Positions 48,970 to 51,895 of a stretch of 51,895 bases of DNA are shown here, one piece after another (within the stretch, counting starts at the first letter, position 1; each line of letters begins with the position of its first letter). Below the pieces are notes generated by a model, which worked only from the letters and a program-made list of their open reading frames with translations, searched no databases and was not told where the DNA came from. The stretch lies in NCBI GenBank assembly GCA_019348555.1, contig JAHWJH010000001.1:4629-56523 (forward strand), given 5' to 3'. Made by a program: the position numbers and the translations under genes. Source of the stretch: Actinomycetota bacterium. GTDB taxonomy: Bacteria; Actinomycetota; Acidimicrobiia; Acidimicrobiales; CADCSY01.

Positions 48970-49350
48970 TCAGCCGTCGATGAGTCCCCGGTAGCCCTGG
49001 GCGTCGAGGAGCCGGTCGAGCTCCTTCGGATCGGCCGGATCGATGACGCAGATCCACCCGCTCCCGTAGGGGTCCTCGTTGAGGCGCTCCGGGGTGTCAC
49101 CCAAGTCGTCGTTCACCTCCACCACCGTCCCGGTCACCGGGGCGTAGACCTCCGATACCGACTTCGTCGATTCGACCTCGCTCAGCGACGATCCGACGGT
49201 CACCGCCGTGCCCACCGAGGGCACCTGGACGAACACGATGTCACCCAGGGCGTCCTGGGCGTAGTCGGTGATGCCCATCCGGACCTGCCCCGCCTCCACC
49301 CGGACCCATTCGTGGTCGGGGGAATAGCGCAGGTCCTCGGGGACGTCCAC
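48970..49350 (-). CDS. gcvH: glycine cleavage system H protein
   Basis: Motifs are YSPDHEWVRVE, GITDYAQDALGDIVFV, and the lipoyl-lysine motif SEVESTKSVSEVYAP. Confidence 0.9.
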   Translation of the reverse strand: MDVPEDLRYSPDHEWVRVEAGQVRMGITDYAQDALGDIVFVQVPSVGTAVTVGSSLSEVESTKSVSEVYAPVTGTVVEVNDDLGDTPERLNEDPYGSGWICVIDPADPKELDRLLDAQGYRGLIDG

Positions 49351-49378
49351 GGGCGGGACGATACCGGAACCGTGGCCC

Positions 49379-51895
<2,517 letters not shown>

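Overview
High-GC (about 70% by eye) actinobacterial-type chromosome segment, tightly packed with core housekeeping genes; many neighbours share 1-, 4- or 8-bp start/stop overlaps. The plus strand, left to right, carries these genes. (1) metK-priA. (2) def-fmt-rsmB-mog. (3) ribD-ribE-ribBA-ribH-hisG. (4) infC-rpmI-rplT-trmH-(PAS histidine kinase)-pheS-pheT. (5) A long two-domain ThyX-like gene and a LysM/SLT lytic transglycosylase. (6) A DUF4193 gene, GNAT, NUDIX and clpB. The minus strand carries a gluABCD-type amino-acid ABC transporter. It also carries a block with gcvH, an FHA (GarA-like) gene, MerR, an HPRT-like gene, a DUF151 nuclease, a second MerR, a small ORF, and gcvT-gcvPA-gcvPB-DivIVA. 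Positions 30-40 kb are the only accessory-looking stretch: hypotheticals, an SRPBCC-YihY fusion, three lipoproteins and apparent gene remnants. I saw no rRNA or tRNA genes, no CRISPR array, no transposase or integrase, and no recognisable defence or biosynthetic cluster, so I cannot point to a clear-cut new system. The best candidates for a second look are listed here. (a) An in-frame chimeric ORF at the right edge joins a katG N-terminal fragment to the LbH+phosphomannomutase part of a ManC/ManB-type gene. (b) The FHA/MerR/nuclease module embedded in the glycine-cleavage genes contains an inserted, motif-altered HPRT paralogue. (c) The pseudo-dimeric ThyX-like protein. (d) The orphan soluble histidine kinase translationally coupled into the rplT-pheS string. 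(e) The SRPBCC-YihY fusion has a coupled upstream mini-ORF. All functional calls come from reading motifs in the supplied translations; no database search was possible.
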